Below, in pieces: positions 1 to 8,504 of a stretch of DNA of 48,747 nt. The position numbers and the translations under genes are program-made. Source of the stretch: a bacterium. Lineage in GTDB: Bacteria > Sysuimicrobiota > Sysuimicrobiia > Sysuimicrobiales > Humicultoraceae. Each line of letters starts with the position of its first letter. Positions within the stretch are counted from its first letter, which is position 1. The stretch spans positions 1-48,747 of the forward strand of contig JASEHJ010000002.1 of the NCBI GenBank assembly GCA_030018905.1, written 5' to 3'. The notes under the pieces were generated by a model. It ran no database searches, was not told the origin of the DNA, and was given only the letters and a program-made list of their open reading frames with translations.

Positions 1-383
1 ACGCCGCAGACAGCCGGGGTGGGAGGGCCGCGGCGGCCATCCGCGCGGCCCTGGAAGACCTCAAGGGGAGCCTGGCCGCGGCCCTGGACGCCGTCGCCCG
101 ATCTGAGAACGCCGGCATAGACATGACCGACGCCAAGCTTCCGCTCAACGACGCCTCGACGCAGCTCATCCTGACGCGCAACCTGGTGCACAGCCTCTCG
201 TTGCGAGAGGTGCAGTCGGCAGCGACCGAAGGGATCGGGTTCAGCCGCAGGGCCGCCGACCTGGGAGGCGCCGGGCTGGCCGAGATCGCATACCGACGGC
301 GGGGGCTGGTCCTGGCCCTGGCGGTGATCGCGGTGCTGCTGGCGGGGCTCTACCTCAAGACCAGAACCACACCAGGACCGTGA
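1..383 (+). CDS. C-terminal part of a membrane-anchored protein, probably a multiheme cytochrome c3-family protein (5' truncated)
   Basis: Frame open from position 3 (AADSRGGRAAAAIRAALEDL...). Helical region followed by RRRGLVLALAVIAVLLAGLYLK transmembrane tail, resembling the tails of membrane-anchored multiheme cytochromes. No CxxCH inside the window. Confidence 0.55.
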   Translation, partial: AADSRGGRAAAAIRAALEDLKGSLAAALDAVARSENAGIDMTDAKLPLNDASTQLILTRNLVHSLSLREVQSAATEGIGFSRRAADLGGAGLAEIAYRRRGLVLALAVIAVLLAGLYLKTRTTPGP

Positions 384-458
384 CAGGGCGCGTAGGCTCG
401 CTGGTCAGACGATTGATTCCACCGTGCACGGCTACCGTGCACAGACTGGAGGCTAACG

Positions 459-1844
459 ATGCAGCGGTTTCGCCGACAGACTGGTGTCTTCGTGGTGTTC
501 GTGGTGGTGATGACGCTTACCCTTGCCGGCTCGCCTCCGGGAGGGGCGCTCAGACCGGCTGATGCCCAGGCACCGCCCATGATCAAGGCCGCCGGGCTCT
601 TCGCATTTCCGGGCGACTGGTCGAAGAGCCCGGAGGCCGTCGTCACCGTGTTCTCTCCCGGCCAGATCTCGTGGCAGTTCCTCACCGGCGCTTCGCATCA
701 GGGCAGTAAGGAAGTCAACAGTGGGGTCGCCTGCCAGACGTGCCACCAGGGTCAGGAGAAGGCCCTCGGCGAGAAACTCGTCAAGGCCGGGCGTATGGAA
801 CCCAACCCGGTTACAGGCAAGCGCGGAGCCGTTGACGTGTCGGTCCGCGCCGCCTTCGACGACCAGTACCTCTACATGCGGTTCGAGTGGCGGGCGCCGA
901 GGCCTGGGGCCAGCCACCTGCTGTGGCGCTTCGACGGGACACGGTGGGTGGAGTGGGGAGGCGAGAAACCCGAAGCTACCAAGGCGAACATCCCACCCAG
1001 CTACGAGGATCGGCTCGCTCTGATGATCACCGAGCGCAATGTGCCAGCGGCTGATGGCGCGCAGACCGGGTTCAACCAGGCCGGGTGTTTCATCGCCTGT
1101 CACAACAGCATGGAGAACATGCCTGCCAATGTCGCCGGAGATCGGGTGCGGACCCACCCGTACTTCGGCGGTGTGCTTAGAGCCTCGGACATGCGCCACT
1201 ACCTTCTGATCAGCCGGACCGTTGCCGACGAGACCGGAGGGTGGGATAAGGTCAAGACGCCAATCGAACTCGACCGGCTGAGGGCCGAGGGCTCATTCCT
1301 CGACCTATGGCAGTGGCGGGCCTACAGGTCGAGCCCGGTTGGGTACGCCGGGGATGACTACATACTGGAGTACCGTCTTGCCGACGGAGGCCGCAGCCCG
1401 TTCACTACCCCGGCGCGTCCCTCGTTCATGTACGACCAAGCCCGGACAGGGTTCAGGGCAATCCCGGAAGCCCGACTTGGCGAGCTGCTGCCACAACTCC
1501 CGCTTGTAACGGACCGGAACGCTGTGCCGCTTGGCCCCGGGGTGCCGTTCACAGCCGGGGATATCCTCCCACGGAACATCCTGCGCGTGCCAGATGGCAG
1601 CAGCGCAGACATCATGGCCAACGGATCCTGGGAACGGGGCAGGTGGGTGGTCGAGCTTCGCCGCAAGCTCACCACCGGCAACCCCGAGGACAAACCGCTC
1701 GGGGCCGGCAGGGTTGTCCGGTTCGGCCTTGCGCTGTTTGACGACCACGTGGGAAACCGATACCACCAAGTCTCGTTCGTGCAGACACTCGGACTGGGAG
1801 AGAAGACCACCGCGACCGTCCGCGCGGTTCGGATCGGGCGGTAG
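459..1844 (+). CDS. Exported ethylbenzene dehydrogenase gamma-like (EB_dh/DOMON-type) heme protein with c-type heme motifs
   Basis: GGAGG RBS and signal peptide. Motifs CQTCH and GCFIACH, VRAAFDDQYLYMRFEW, YEDRLALM, LDLWQWRA, GRWVVELRRKLTTG and C-terminal FGLALFDD...YHQVS, typical of the EB_dh family. Confidence 0.75.
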   Translation: MQRFRRQTGVFVVFVVVMTLTLAGSPPGGALRPADAQAPPMIKAAGLFAFPGDWSKSPEAVVTVFSPGQISWQFLTGASHQGSKEVNSGVACQTCHQGQEKALGEKLVKAGRMEPNPVTGKRGAVDVSVRAAFDDQYLYMRFEWRAPRPGASHLLWRFDGTRWVEWGGEKPEATKANIPPSYEDRLALMITERNVPAADGAQTGFNQAGCFIACHNSMENMPANVAGDRVRTHPYFGGVLRASDMRHYLLISRTVADETGGWDKVKTPIELDRLRAEGSFLDLWQWRAYRSSPVGYAGDDYILEYRLADGGRSPFTTPARPSFMYDQARTGFRAIPEARLGELLPQLPLVTDRNAVPLGPGVPFTAGDILPRNILRVPDGSSADIMANGSWERGRWVVELRRKLTTGNPEDKPLGAGRVVRFGLALFDDHVGNRYHQVSFVQTLGLGEKTTATVRAVRIGR

Positions 1845-1878
1845 TACACTCCCGTCGTCCTTCGCGTGCGCCATGACG

Positions 1879-1908
1879 GAGAGGCCGGGGGCTAACCCCC
1901 GGCCTCTC
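1879..1908. terminator. Hairpin between convergent genes, likely bidirectional terminator
   Basis: Perfect 13-bp stem GAGAGGCCGGGGG-CTAA-CCCCCGGCCTCTC; no clear U-tract. Confidence 0.65.
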
Positions 1909-1945
1909 GCCTATCTCCCGGCAGTCTCGCCGCCAGGGAGTGAGC

Positions 1946-3079
1946 CTACCTCAACGCGTCCAGTGAGTTCAGCACCACCTGCCGCACGAATCGCGGGTTG
2001 TGGACGCCCCAACTGCCGTCGCCCTCGACCAGCCAGAAGTTCCAGCCGGCCCTGACGATCGGGTCGCTGGTGGCGAACGTCGGCCGGCCCGCGGCATCCC
2101 GCAGCTCCCCAATCTGCGTTTGGATCTTGCGCCCACCGGTGATTGTGAACTCGACGCCCTGCTGACCGGCGACCTCGACCAGGACCAGCGACGTGATGGC
2201 AGCCGGATCCAAGGTTACGGTCTCGATGAAGGCGTAGACCTTCGCATCCCATGCTCGGAAGCTCCGGATGCGATCCTTGCTGGCCATGATCTTGGCCTCA
2301 AGCGCTTCCTCGAGCTCGTGGATGAGCGTCTTCGTCGGGTTCTGTACCCTGGCAGCATTCATCTCGGGACCGTGGCAGCGCGAGCAGACAGTCACCTCGG
2401 CCTTGAACGTGTGCGGCGCCTTGCTCATCTGGAAGTGGCAGGCGACGCACGAATCGCCGATGAACGAGGCGTGCGGCGAGACGAAGCTGTTGCCGTAGTC
2501 CACGAAGAAGACGTTCTTGCCCATTATGACGTCGGCTTGGGATGCGGTGTGCGGGGCGGTGTACCGCCGTGGGTCCTCCTGGTTCCAGACGATGGCGCCG
2601 TTGCGCGAGTTGTGGCAGAGCATGCACTGCGCGCCCTTGCCCACGCCGATCGCCCGGAACCCGGCCGGAAGCAGCGGCGTGGCGCCCGCCTGGCGCAACG
2701 TGAAGTCAGACTGGTGGCACGTCGTGCAGGTCTGCGGCCTGACGGAGAACCGGCTCAGGCCGAGGCCGACCAGGAACTGGATGTCTGCGGGCGATCCGTC
2801 GGGCTTGGTGATCAGCCCCGGGTTGCCCTTCTGCATCTGGGGAAGCCAAGCCAGAAACCCTTGCTCGGAGTGGCAACGGCCGCAGTGGGCCGCGGTCAGC
2901 CCCCGCCGGCCGTCGGCCGTGGCCTCGAGCGTTGGGCGCAGGCGGTTGGAATGCTTCGACTTCGCCCACTGCGCCCGCTGGTCTGCCTGGGCGCGTACCG
3001 TCGCCACGCCGGTCCCGAACAGGACCACTATGGCCAGCGCGACGGCCCAAAACGAACTTAGCTTCACTCTGTGCGACAT
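1946..3079 (-). CDS. Exported pentaheme c-type cytochrome (c552/c554-like multiheme family)
   Basis: Signal peptide ending VRA-Q. Five CxxCH (CGRCH, CTTCH, CMLCH, CVACH, CSRCH), WAKSKH, C-terminal GDGSWGVHNP. Start placed at ATG 3079 behind a GGGGGTG RBS. Confidence 0.85.
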   Translation of the reverse strand: MSHRVKLSSFWAVALAIVVLFGTGVATVRAQADQRAQWAKSKHSNRLRPTLEATADGRRGLTAAHCGRCHSEQGFLAWLPQMQKGNPGLITKPDGSPADIQFLVGLGLSRFSVRPQTCTTCHQSDFTLRQAGATPLLPAGFRAIGVGKGAQCMLCHNSRNGAIVWNQEDPRRYTAPHTASQADVIMGKNVFFVDYGNSFVSPHASFIGDSCVACHFQMSKAPHTFKAEVTVCSRCHGPEMNAARVQNPTKTLIHELEEALEAKIMASKDRIRSFRAWDAKVYAFIETVTLDPAAITSLVLVEVAGQQGVEFTITGGRKIQTQIGELRDAAGRPTFATSDPIVRAGWNFWLVEGDGSWGVHNPRFVRQVVLNSLDALR

Positions 3080-3140
3080 GAGACAATTCACCCCCGTCTT
3101 GGCCCAGCTTTCCGCAGCAGGTGCTAGGTGGGTTCCGGTT

Positions 3141-3503
3141 TTACCTCCTTGGCTTCGATTTCGGATCCCCGGGAAGAGCCCCGGCCTTCAGCTCGTCGAG
3201 GTTGCTGAACCCGTCCTTGTCGGAGTCGAGCTTCTCGATGGCGCGGAAGGCCTTCTCGTCAACCGGCTTGCCGGCCGCAGTCTTCTGCAAATCCTTACCA
3301 TACGGGTTCAGGTCGGTCTTGGTCGGCGGCATCTTGCTGTGGCAAGCCAGGCAGTTGGCCTTGGCCAGGTCGGTGCCCTCCTTGGGGGCATAGAACTGCT
3401 TGAGCAACGCAAGGTCCGCCGGCTTGGCCGCCGCCCAGGTTGCTACGGCGGCGATGCAGAGTACCGTCAGGCCGATCAGGATCGTCCATCGCGGGGCTCG
3501 CAT
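3141..3503 (-). CDS. Small exported monoheme cytochrome c with DSDxDG Ca-binding-like motif (paralogue 1)
   Basis: AAGGAGG RBS before ATG 3503; signal peptide; CLACH; LNPYG; LDSDKDGFSNLDELKAGALPGDP. Confidence 0.8.
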   Translation of the reverse strand: MRAPRWTILIGLTVLCIAAVATWAAAKPADLALLKQFYAPKEGTDLAKANCLACHSKMPPTKTDLNPYGKDLQKTAAGKPVDEKAFRAIEKLDSDKDGFSNLDELKAGALPGDPKSKPRR

Positions 3504-3532
3504 TTGCACTCTTCCTCCTTCATGGTCACGGG

Positions 3533-3904
3533 CTACTTCGGCGACAGGCCGATCACGGTGACGAGCCCGGTCTTCCGGTCCACGGAGTGGCACGAGGTGC
3601 AGGTACCCTTGTACGTTGTGGTGAACGCGGCCGCGGCCAGGTGCCGCCGGTGCAGAACAGGCCCCAGGGGGTCGGAGCGCCCTTGGGGCTTGTGGCAGGC
3701 AAGGCACATCGCTACCGCGGGCGCGGGCAGCTGCGGATGGTTCTTTACCGTCTTGAGCGAGGCGTCCAGCGTACGGGCCTTGCCGGGCGCGTGGCACGCG
3801 CCGCAGCCGGTTGCTCCGGCTGGGGCCCCTGCGGATTCCAGGGGCGGGGGAACCAGCGCAAAGGCCAGGGCCATAGCGAACAGCGCCGGTAGACGGATAG
3901 GCAT
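3533..3904 (-). CDS. Small exported triheme c-type cytochrome
   Basis: AGGAGG RBS 6 nt before ATG 3904; signal peptide; CGACH, CLACH, CTSCH plus extra His residues as candidate axial ligands. Confidence 0.8.
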   Translation of the reverse strand: MPIRLPALFAMALAFALVPPPLESAGAPAGATGCGACHAPGKARTLDASLKTVKNHPQLPAPAVAMCLACHKPQGRSDPLGPVLHRRHLAAAAFTTTYKGTCTSCHSVDRKTGLVTVIGLSPK

Positions 3905-3947
3905 GACCATCCTCCTGCGCGTGGCATCGTTGGCGGCTGGTATTCTC

Positions 3948-3981
3948 CAAACACAGGGGCCCGTCCTGCTGGACAGGCCCC
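3948..3981 (-). terminator. Intrinsic terminator after the octaheme gene
   Basis: Minus strand reads GGGGCCTGTCC-AGCA-GGACGGGCCCC (11-bp stem with one G-U pair) followed by TGTGTTTG. Confidence 0.55.
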
Positions 3982-4002
3982 CGGGAATCTCGCGGTGGCT
4001 GT

Positions 4003-5121
4003 CTACTTGCCCAGACGGTGGATGCCCCTGGCGACGCCTGCCGCCCAGGCTTGGTTGCGGTCGGCGTGGCAGCGTAGGCAGGCGAAGTCCAGCGTGTTCG
4101 AGCCCGCCCGGACGAAGCGGCCGTCGTCGGTGAACATCCGGGCCGCTGGGTCCAGGTTGATCTTGAAGAGGTGGGAGGGGTCGTCGGCCTCGTACTTGCT
4201 GCGGACGACGGCGTTCCGGCCGGTATTCGGCATGTGGCAGCTTGTGCACGTTAGCGCTGCGCGCTGGTGACGGCTCCCCCGGAACGCGGCGGTTGCGGCG
4301 GTGTGGCATGTCTCACAGGTACCCGTGGTCTTCACCTCGCGGGCCCGTCGGTGCGGATCGTGGCAGGTAACGCAACCCAGCGCCTTGTGGGAGCCGGCCA
4401 GGAACTCCTGGTACTGTTCGCGATGCTCCACGAAGCCCGCAGCGGCCGGGATCACGCCCATGTCGGTGCCGCGGCGGTGGCAGGTTCCGCACAGGGCCGC
4501 GCTGCGGTCGGTCTGGATGTTGGCCTTGCTCGGGGCCTTCGCATGGACCTGGCCTCGCCCATGGCAGGCCTCGCACTGGATCCCATCCAGCGCCCAGGTG
4601 CCGACGAAGCCGGGCTTGCGGAACTGGTTCCCGATCGGGCTGTATCCCGTGGTGTGGCACTCGCCGCAGTCGTAGCGCATCTTCTGGCCGGCGTTGTAGT
4701 TCACCCAGGCCTGGGTCTCGAGGTTGAACTGGTTGCGGCCGCTGATCTTGCCGTCCGGGCTGCCCGTGATGATGTAGCCTTCCTGGTCCACGTAGCGGAC
4801 CTTCCAGCGGAAGCCGCCGATCACGTAGCGGATCTGGTCCCACGAGGAATAGTCGGGCTTGGGGATGCCCGCGGCCCGCGCCTCGGCTGCCGGCCGCAGC
4901 TTGACTGGGTGGCCGGTGGTGCGGGACGTGTCGTAGATCTTCTGGTGACACCCGGCGCAGGTCTCGGAGCCGACGTACCCCGCGCCGAAGTAGCCCGGGA
5001 CGCGCTGGGCCTCCGCAGGGGCCGGCGGTTTCCCCACGAGCAGCAGGCCCAGGAACAGCACCCCGGCGACCAGGGCCACCAAGATCGATGTGCGACCACA
5101 TGCGGAGTACACATGTTTCAT
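4003..5121 (-). CDS. Exported octaheme c-type cytochrome (c554-like N-terminus)
   Basis: Signal peptide ending AEA-Q; YVGSETCAGCH; eight CxxCH (CAGCH, CGECH, CEACH, CGTCH, CVTCH, CETCH, CTSCH, CLRCH). Start ATG 5121; the longer ORF overlaps the upstream gene. Confidence 0.87.
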   Translation of the reverse strand: MKHVYSACGRTSILVALVAGVLFLGLLLVGKPPAPAEAQRVPGYFGAGYVGSETCAGCHQKIYDTSRTTGHPVKLRPAAEARAAGIPKPDYSSWDQIRYVIGGFRWKVRYVDQEGYIITGSPDGKISGRNQFNLETQAWVNYNAGQKMRYDCGECHTTGYSPIGNQFRKPGFVGTWALDGIQCEACHGRGQVHAKAPSKANIQTDRSAALCGTCHRRGTDMGVIPAAAGFVEHREQYQEFLAGSHKALGCVTCHDPHRRAREVKTTGTCETCHTAATAAFRGSRHQRAALTCTSCHMPNTGRNAVVRSKYEADDPSHLFKINLDPAARMFTDDGRFVRAGSNTLDFACLRCHADRNQAWAAGVARGIHRLGK

Positions 5122-5141
5122 GACCGACCCCCTGCGAGCCG

Positions 5142-5504
5142 CTATTTGGGCTTGGACTTCGGGTCCCCCGGGTGCGTGCCTGCCTTGATCTCGACGATAT
5201 TGCTGGCCCCATCCTTGTCCGAGTCCAGCTTCTCTATAGCGAGCAGGATCTTGGCGTCCACGGCCTTCCCTGCCGCGGCCTTGGCCAGGTCCGCCCCGTA
5301 TGGGTTGAGGTCGGTCTTGGTCGCCGGCATCTTGGAGTGGCAGACCAGGCACGGCAGGGCCTTGGCCAGGTCGGTGCCCTCCTTGGGGGCGTAGGTCTGC
5401 TTGAACAGAACCATGTCGGGTGCCTTGGCACTTGCCCAGACGGAGACACCCACGACCAGCATTGCCGCTACGCCGATCCAGATCACTCCTCTTCTCGCCC
5501 GCAC
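5142..5504 (-). CDS. Small exported monoheme cytochrome c with DSDxDG motif (paralogue 2)
   Basis: GTG 5504 gives MRARRG..., matching MRAPRW... of the paralogue; CLVCH; LDSDKDGASNIVEIKAGTHPGDP. Confidence 0.8.
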   Translation of the reverse strand: MRARRGVIWIGVAAMLVVGVSVWASAKAPDMVLFKQTYAPKEGTDLAKALPCLVCHSKMPATKTDLNPYGADLAKAAAGKAVDAKILLAIEKLDSDKDGASNIVEIKAGTHPGDPKSKPK

Positions 5505-5728
5505 TAGAACCCCCCCCAATCAGGTATCCGATATGCCAATGGCAACCGGACTTGCTCAGAAGGATATGAGGCGGGAAGCCTGGGTGCAATACGGTCTTCC
5601 CCCGATATGCGGAACCGGGAGGCGTGCCGCTTAAGGCTTGCCCGGGGCTTGGCGCCCGGCTGCCGCCGCAAGAATCCACTCCACACCCGATGCCTCATCG
5701 GTGGAGGGTAGGGATAATTCAGGAGAAG
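5505..5728. promoter_or_regulatory. Divergent promoter region between the cytochrome cluster and the acs cluster
   Basis: Only divergent intergenic gap in the window. CCGATATGC at 5528 and 5602; inverted repeat CCGATG-CCT-CATCGG at 5687-5701; GATAAT at 5713. Confidence 0.5.
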
Positions 5729-6517
5729 ATGGCGCCTACTGCACCCATGAAGCTTGCTATCTCGGGGAAGGGGGGGGTCGGCAAGACGACCCTGACAGCC
5801 CTCCTTGCCACATCCATGGTGGAACGTGGGTACCGCGTGACCGCCATTGACGCCGACCCTAATCCCACCCTGGCGGCAGCCCTGGGGTTTCCCTCCCAGC
5901 CGATCACGCCCCTGCTGGAGTTGCGGGAGGAGATCGAGCAGCGGGTCGGTGGCACCGGTGGTCTTGTACGGTTGAACCCGCGGGTGGACGATCTTGTGGA
6001 TAGAGTCGCTGTGGTTCACCGCGGCATCCGGCTTGTAGTGGCAGGGGCCATCACCCGCGGCGGCGCCGGGTGCGCCTGCCCCCAGAGCGTGTTGCTGCGC
6101 CGCGTGATCGAGTTCCTGGCCCTGGAGCGCGACCAGGCACTCCTTGTTGATCTGGAAGCCGGCCTGGAGCACCTGGGCCGGCGTAGCGCGCACGCGGCCG
6201 ATGCCCTGCTGGTCGTGGTGGACCCCAGCCGAGCGAGTCTGGAGACCGCGGTTCGCATCAAGCGCCTGGCAGCGGAGATCGGGATGGCACAAGTGCTGGG
6301 CGTGGCCAACCGGGTCCGGGGTTCCGCCGATGAGGCCTACCTAGCCGCCCACCTGGACGGCCTCGAACTGATCGGGGCGATTCCTTACAGCGAAGCTCTT
6401 GTTGAAGCTGAACGTGCGGGTGGGCAGGCGGCAGAAGTTGATGCCGCCGCGTCCGGAGCAGTGGCCCGGCTGATAGATGCACTGGAAGCCAGATTTCAGG
6501 GGAGGATCAGCGAATGA
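5729..6517 (+). CDS. cooC: CO dehydrogenase nickel-insertion ATPase CooC
   Basis: MKLAISGKGGVGKTT, IDADPN, GCAC, DLEAGLEHLGR. Start at ATG 5729 or 5747. Confidence 0.92.
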   Translation: MAPTAPMKLAISGKGGVGKTTLTALLATSMVERGYRVTAIDADPNPTLAAALGFPSQPITPLLELREEIEQRVGGTGGLVRLNPRVDDLVDRVAVVHRGIRLVVAGAITRGGAGCACPQSVLLRRVIEFLALERDQALLVDLEAGLEHLGRRSAHAADALLVVVDPSRASLETAVRIKRLAAEIGMAQVLGVANRVRGSADEAYLAAHLDGLELIGAIPYSEALVEAERAGGQAAEVDAAASGAVARLIDALEARFQGRISE

Positions 6518-8448
6518 GTGATACTGTCCAGCAGCGGGACCGGACGGATCCTGCCAGCGTGGAGATGCGGGATCGCGCCAAGGCCGAGGGCATCGGTACG
6601 ATCTGGGATCGCTACGCGGCTCTGGGCTCCCAGTGTCGCGTGGGCGAGTTGGGTATCTGCTGTACCATTTGCCATCTAGGCCCGTGCAACCTGGGACTGC
6701 CTGGGAGCCGGCGGCCTCAAGTTGGGATCTGCGGAGCCAACATTGACACCATAGCGGCTCGGCGGCTGGCCCGCGACATGGCTGCCGGATCGGCCGCCCA
6801 CTCCGACCACGGACGGTCGGTGGCCCATCTATTGCTGATGACGGCCCGCGGGCAGGCGCCTGGGTACAGCATCAAGGGCGAGGGCAAACTGCGCGCGCTG
6901 GCCGTCGAACTCGGCGTCGCCCTGGATGGCCGCAGCGCGGCCGAGATCGCAGAGGACGTGGCCCAGGTCTGCCTCTCGCAGTTCGGTCAGCAGGACGGTG
7001 AGTTGGCTTTCCTCCGGCGAGCGCCGGCAAAGCAGCAGGAGATCTGGCGCAAGCTCGGGGTGGCACCACGGGGCGTGGACCGTGAGATCGTGGACGTCAT
7101 GCACCGCACCAACATGGGAGTGGATACCGACTACCAGAGTCTCATCTTCGGCGGGATCCGCAGCGCTCTGGCGGACGGGTGGGGAGGCTCGATGGTTGCC
7201 ACCGACCTCCAAGACGTCCTCTTCGGGACCCCCAATCCGGTGCGGGCCCAGGTGAACCTGGGCGTGCTGCGGGCCGACCAGGTGAATGTTCTGGTGCACG
7301 GCCACGAGCCGATGCTGGCAGAGGCCATCGTGGATGCCGCCGCTGACCCGGCACTGCTCGCCCGGGCCAAGGAGTTGGGCGCCTCAGGCATCAACGTAGC
7401 CGGGATATGCTGCACGGCCAACGAGGTGCTGATGCGCCGCGGCGTCCCGATTGCCGGCAACTTCCTGCAGCAGGAGCTGGCGATGATCACCGGGGCGGTG
7501 GACGCGTTCCTGGTGGACGTCCAGTGCATCATGCCCGGGCTGACCGAGGCGGCATCCTGCTTCCACACCGAGATCATCGCCACCTCGGAGAAGGCCCGCA
7601 TTCCGGGCACCAGGCATATGCCGTTCCACGAGGACCGGGCCGCCGCGTCCGCGCGCGAGATAGTCGGCCGCGCGGTGGAGAACTTCGCGCGCAGGGATCG
7701 GTCCCGAGTGGTCATCCCCGACCACAAGACGGACGTGGTCGCCGGGTTCACCACGGAGTCCATCACCCACATGCTGGGAGGCACCTTCCGGGGCGGCTGG
7801 CGCCCATTGAACGACGCGATCATGTCCGGCCGGATCCGGGGCGTCGTCGGGGTGGTCGGCTGCGACAGCCCGAAGCAGGTCCAGGACCAGGGCCATCTTG
7901 ATCTGGTCTACGAACTGCTGCGGCACGACGTCCTGGTGGTGCAGACCGGGTGTTCTGCCATTGCCTGCGGCAAGGCCGGGCTCCTGCAGCCGGAGGCTGC
8001 CTTCAAGTACGCCGGCAAGGGCCTGCAGGAAATCTGCGAAACCGTGGGCATCCCGCCTGTTCTGCACGCGGGGTCGTGCGTGGACAACAGTCGGATCCTC
8101 ACCGCCTGCATCGAGATGGTCAAGGAGGGCGGGATCGGCCGCGATTTCTCCGAGTTGCCCGTGGCCGCCGCCGCGCCCGGCTGGTGGTCGGAGAAGGCGA
8201 TAACGATTGGGTTCTATGCCGTTGCCTCCGGCATCCTCACCGTGCTTGGCTCGTCGCTGAACATACTGGGAAGCGATGCGGTCACCCGCTTCGTAACCCA
8301 GGAGATCGAGGGAGTAACCGGCGGCCGGTTCGCGTTTGAGTCCGATCCGGTCAAGGGGGCGCAGCTCATTATTGCCCACCTGAACAAGAAGCGCGAGGCC
8401 CTGAAGCTGCGTCCGATGATGTACGAGGTCGTTGCGGTCGGGGCGTAG
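6514..8448 (+). CDS. cooS: Anaerobic Ni-CO dehydrogenase catalytic subunit (CooS/AcsA)
   Basis: D/B-cluster QCRVGELGICCTICHLGPC...CGA; HSDH; C-cluster ligands in HGHEP, GICCTANE, DVQC, VGCD, TGCS, GSCVDNSR; WSEKA. Confidence 0.96.
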   Translation: MSDTVQQRDRTDPASVEMRDRAKAEGIGTIWDRYAALGSQCRVGELGICCTICHLGPCNLGLPGSRRPQVGICGANIDTIAARRLARDMAAGSAAHSDHGRSVAHLLLMTARGQAPGYSIKGEGKLRALAVELGVALDGRSAAEIAEDVAQVCLSQFGQQDGELAFLRRAPAKQQEIWRKLGVAPRGVDREIVDVMHRTNMGVDTDYQSLIFGGIRSALADGWGGSMVATDLQDVLFGTPNPVRAQVNLGVLRADQVNVLVHGHEPMLAEAIVDAAADPALLARAKELGASGINVAGICCTANEVLMRRGVPIAGNFLQQELAMITGAVDAFLVDVQCIMPGLTEAASCFHTEIIATSEKARIPGTRHMPFHEDRAAASAREIVGRAVENFARRDRSRVVIPDHKTDVVAGFTTESITHMLGGTFRGGWRPLNDAIMSGRIRGVVGVVGCDSPKQVQDQGHLDLVYELLRHDVLVVQTGCSAIACGKAGLLQPEAAFKYAGKGLQEICETVGIPPVLHAGSCVDNSRILTACIEMVKEGGIGRDFSELPVAAAAPGWWSEKAITIGFYAVASGILTVLGSSLNILGSDAVTRFVTQEIEGVTGGRFAFESDPVKGAQLIIAHLNKKREALKLRPMMYEVVAVGA

Positions 8449-8504
8449 CCCCGTTCCGGTGAGACTGGACCGCTGGTCCAAACATAGGTAGGAGGGAAGA
8501 GGCT

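Noticed and set aside
1946-3079. NrfA nitrite reductase call for the pentaheme protein
   Set aside because: No CxxCK motif or recognisable NrfA catalytic signatures; only the C-terminal GVHNP resemblance.
5540-5556. Sigma-54-like TGGCA...TTGCT
   Set aside because: GG to GC spacing is 11 nt rather than the strict 10.
3504-5679. Long N-terminal extensions of the cytochrome ORFs in the track (starts 3950, 4309, 5679)
   Set aside because: They overlap neighbouring genes; internal starts have an RBS and give proper signal peptides.
8467-8481. Small hairpin TGGACC-GCT-GGTCCA between cooS and acsB
   Set aside because: Only 6 bp with no U-tract; insufficient to call a terminator.
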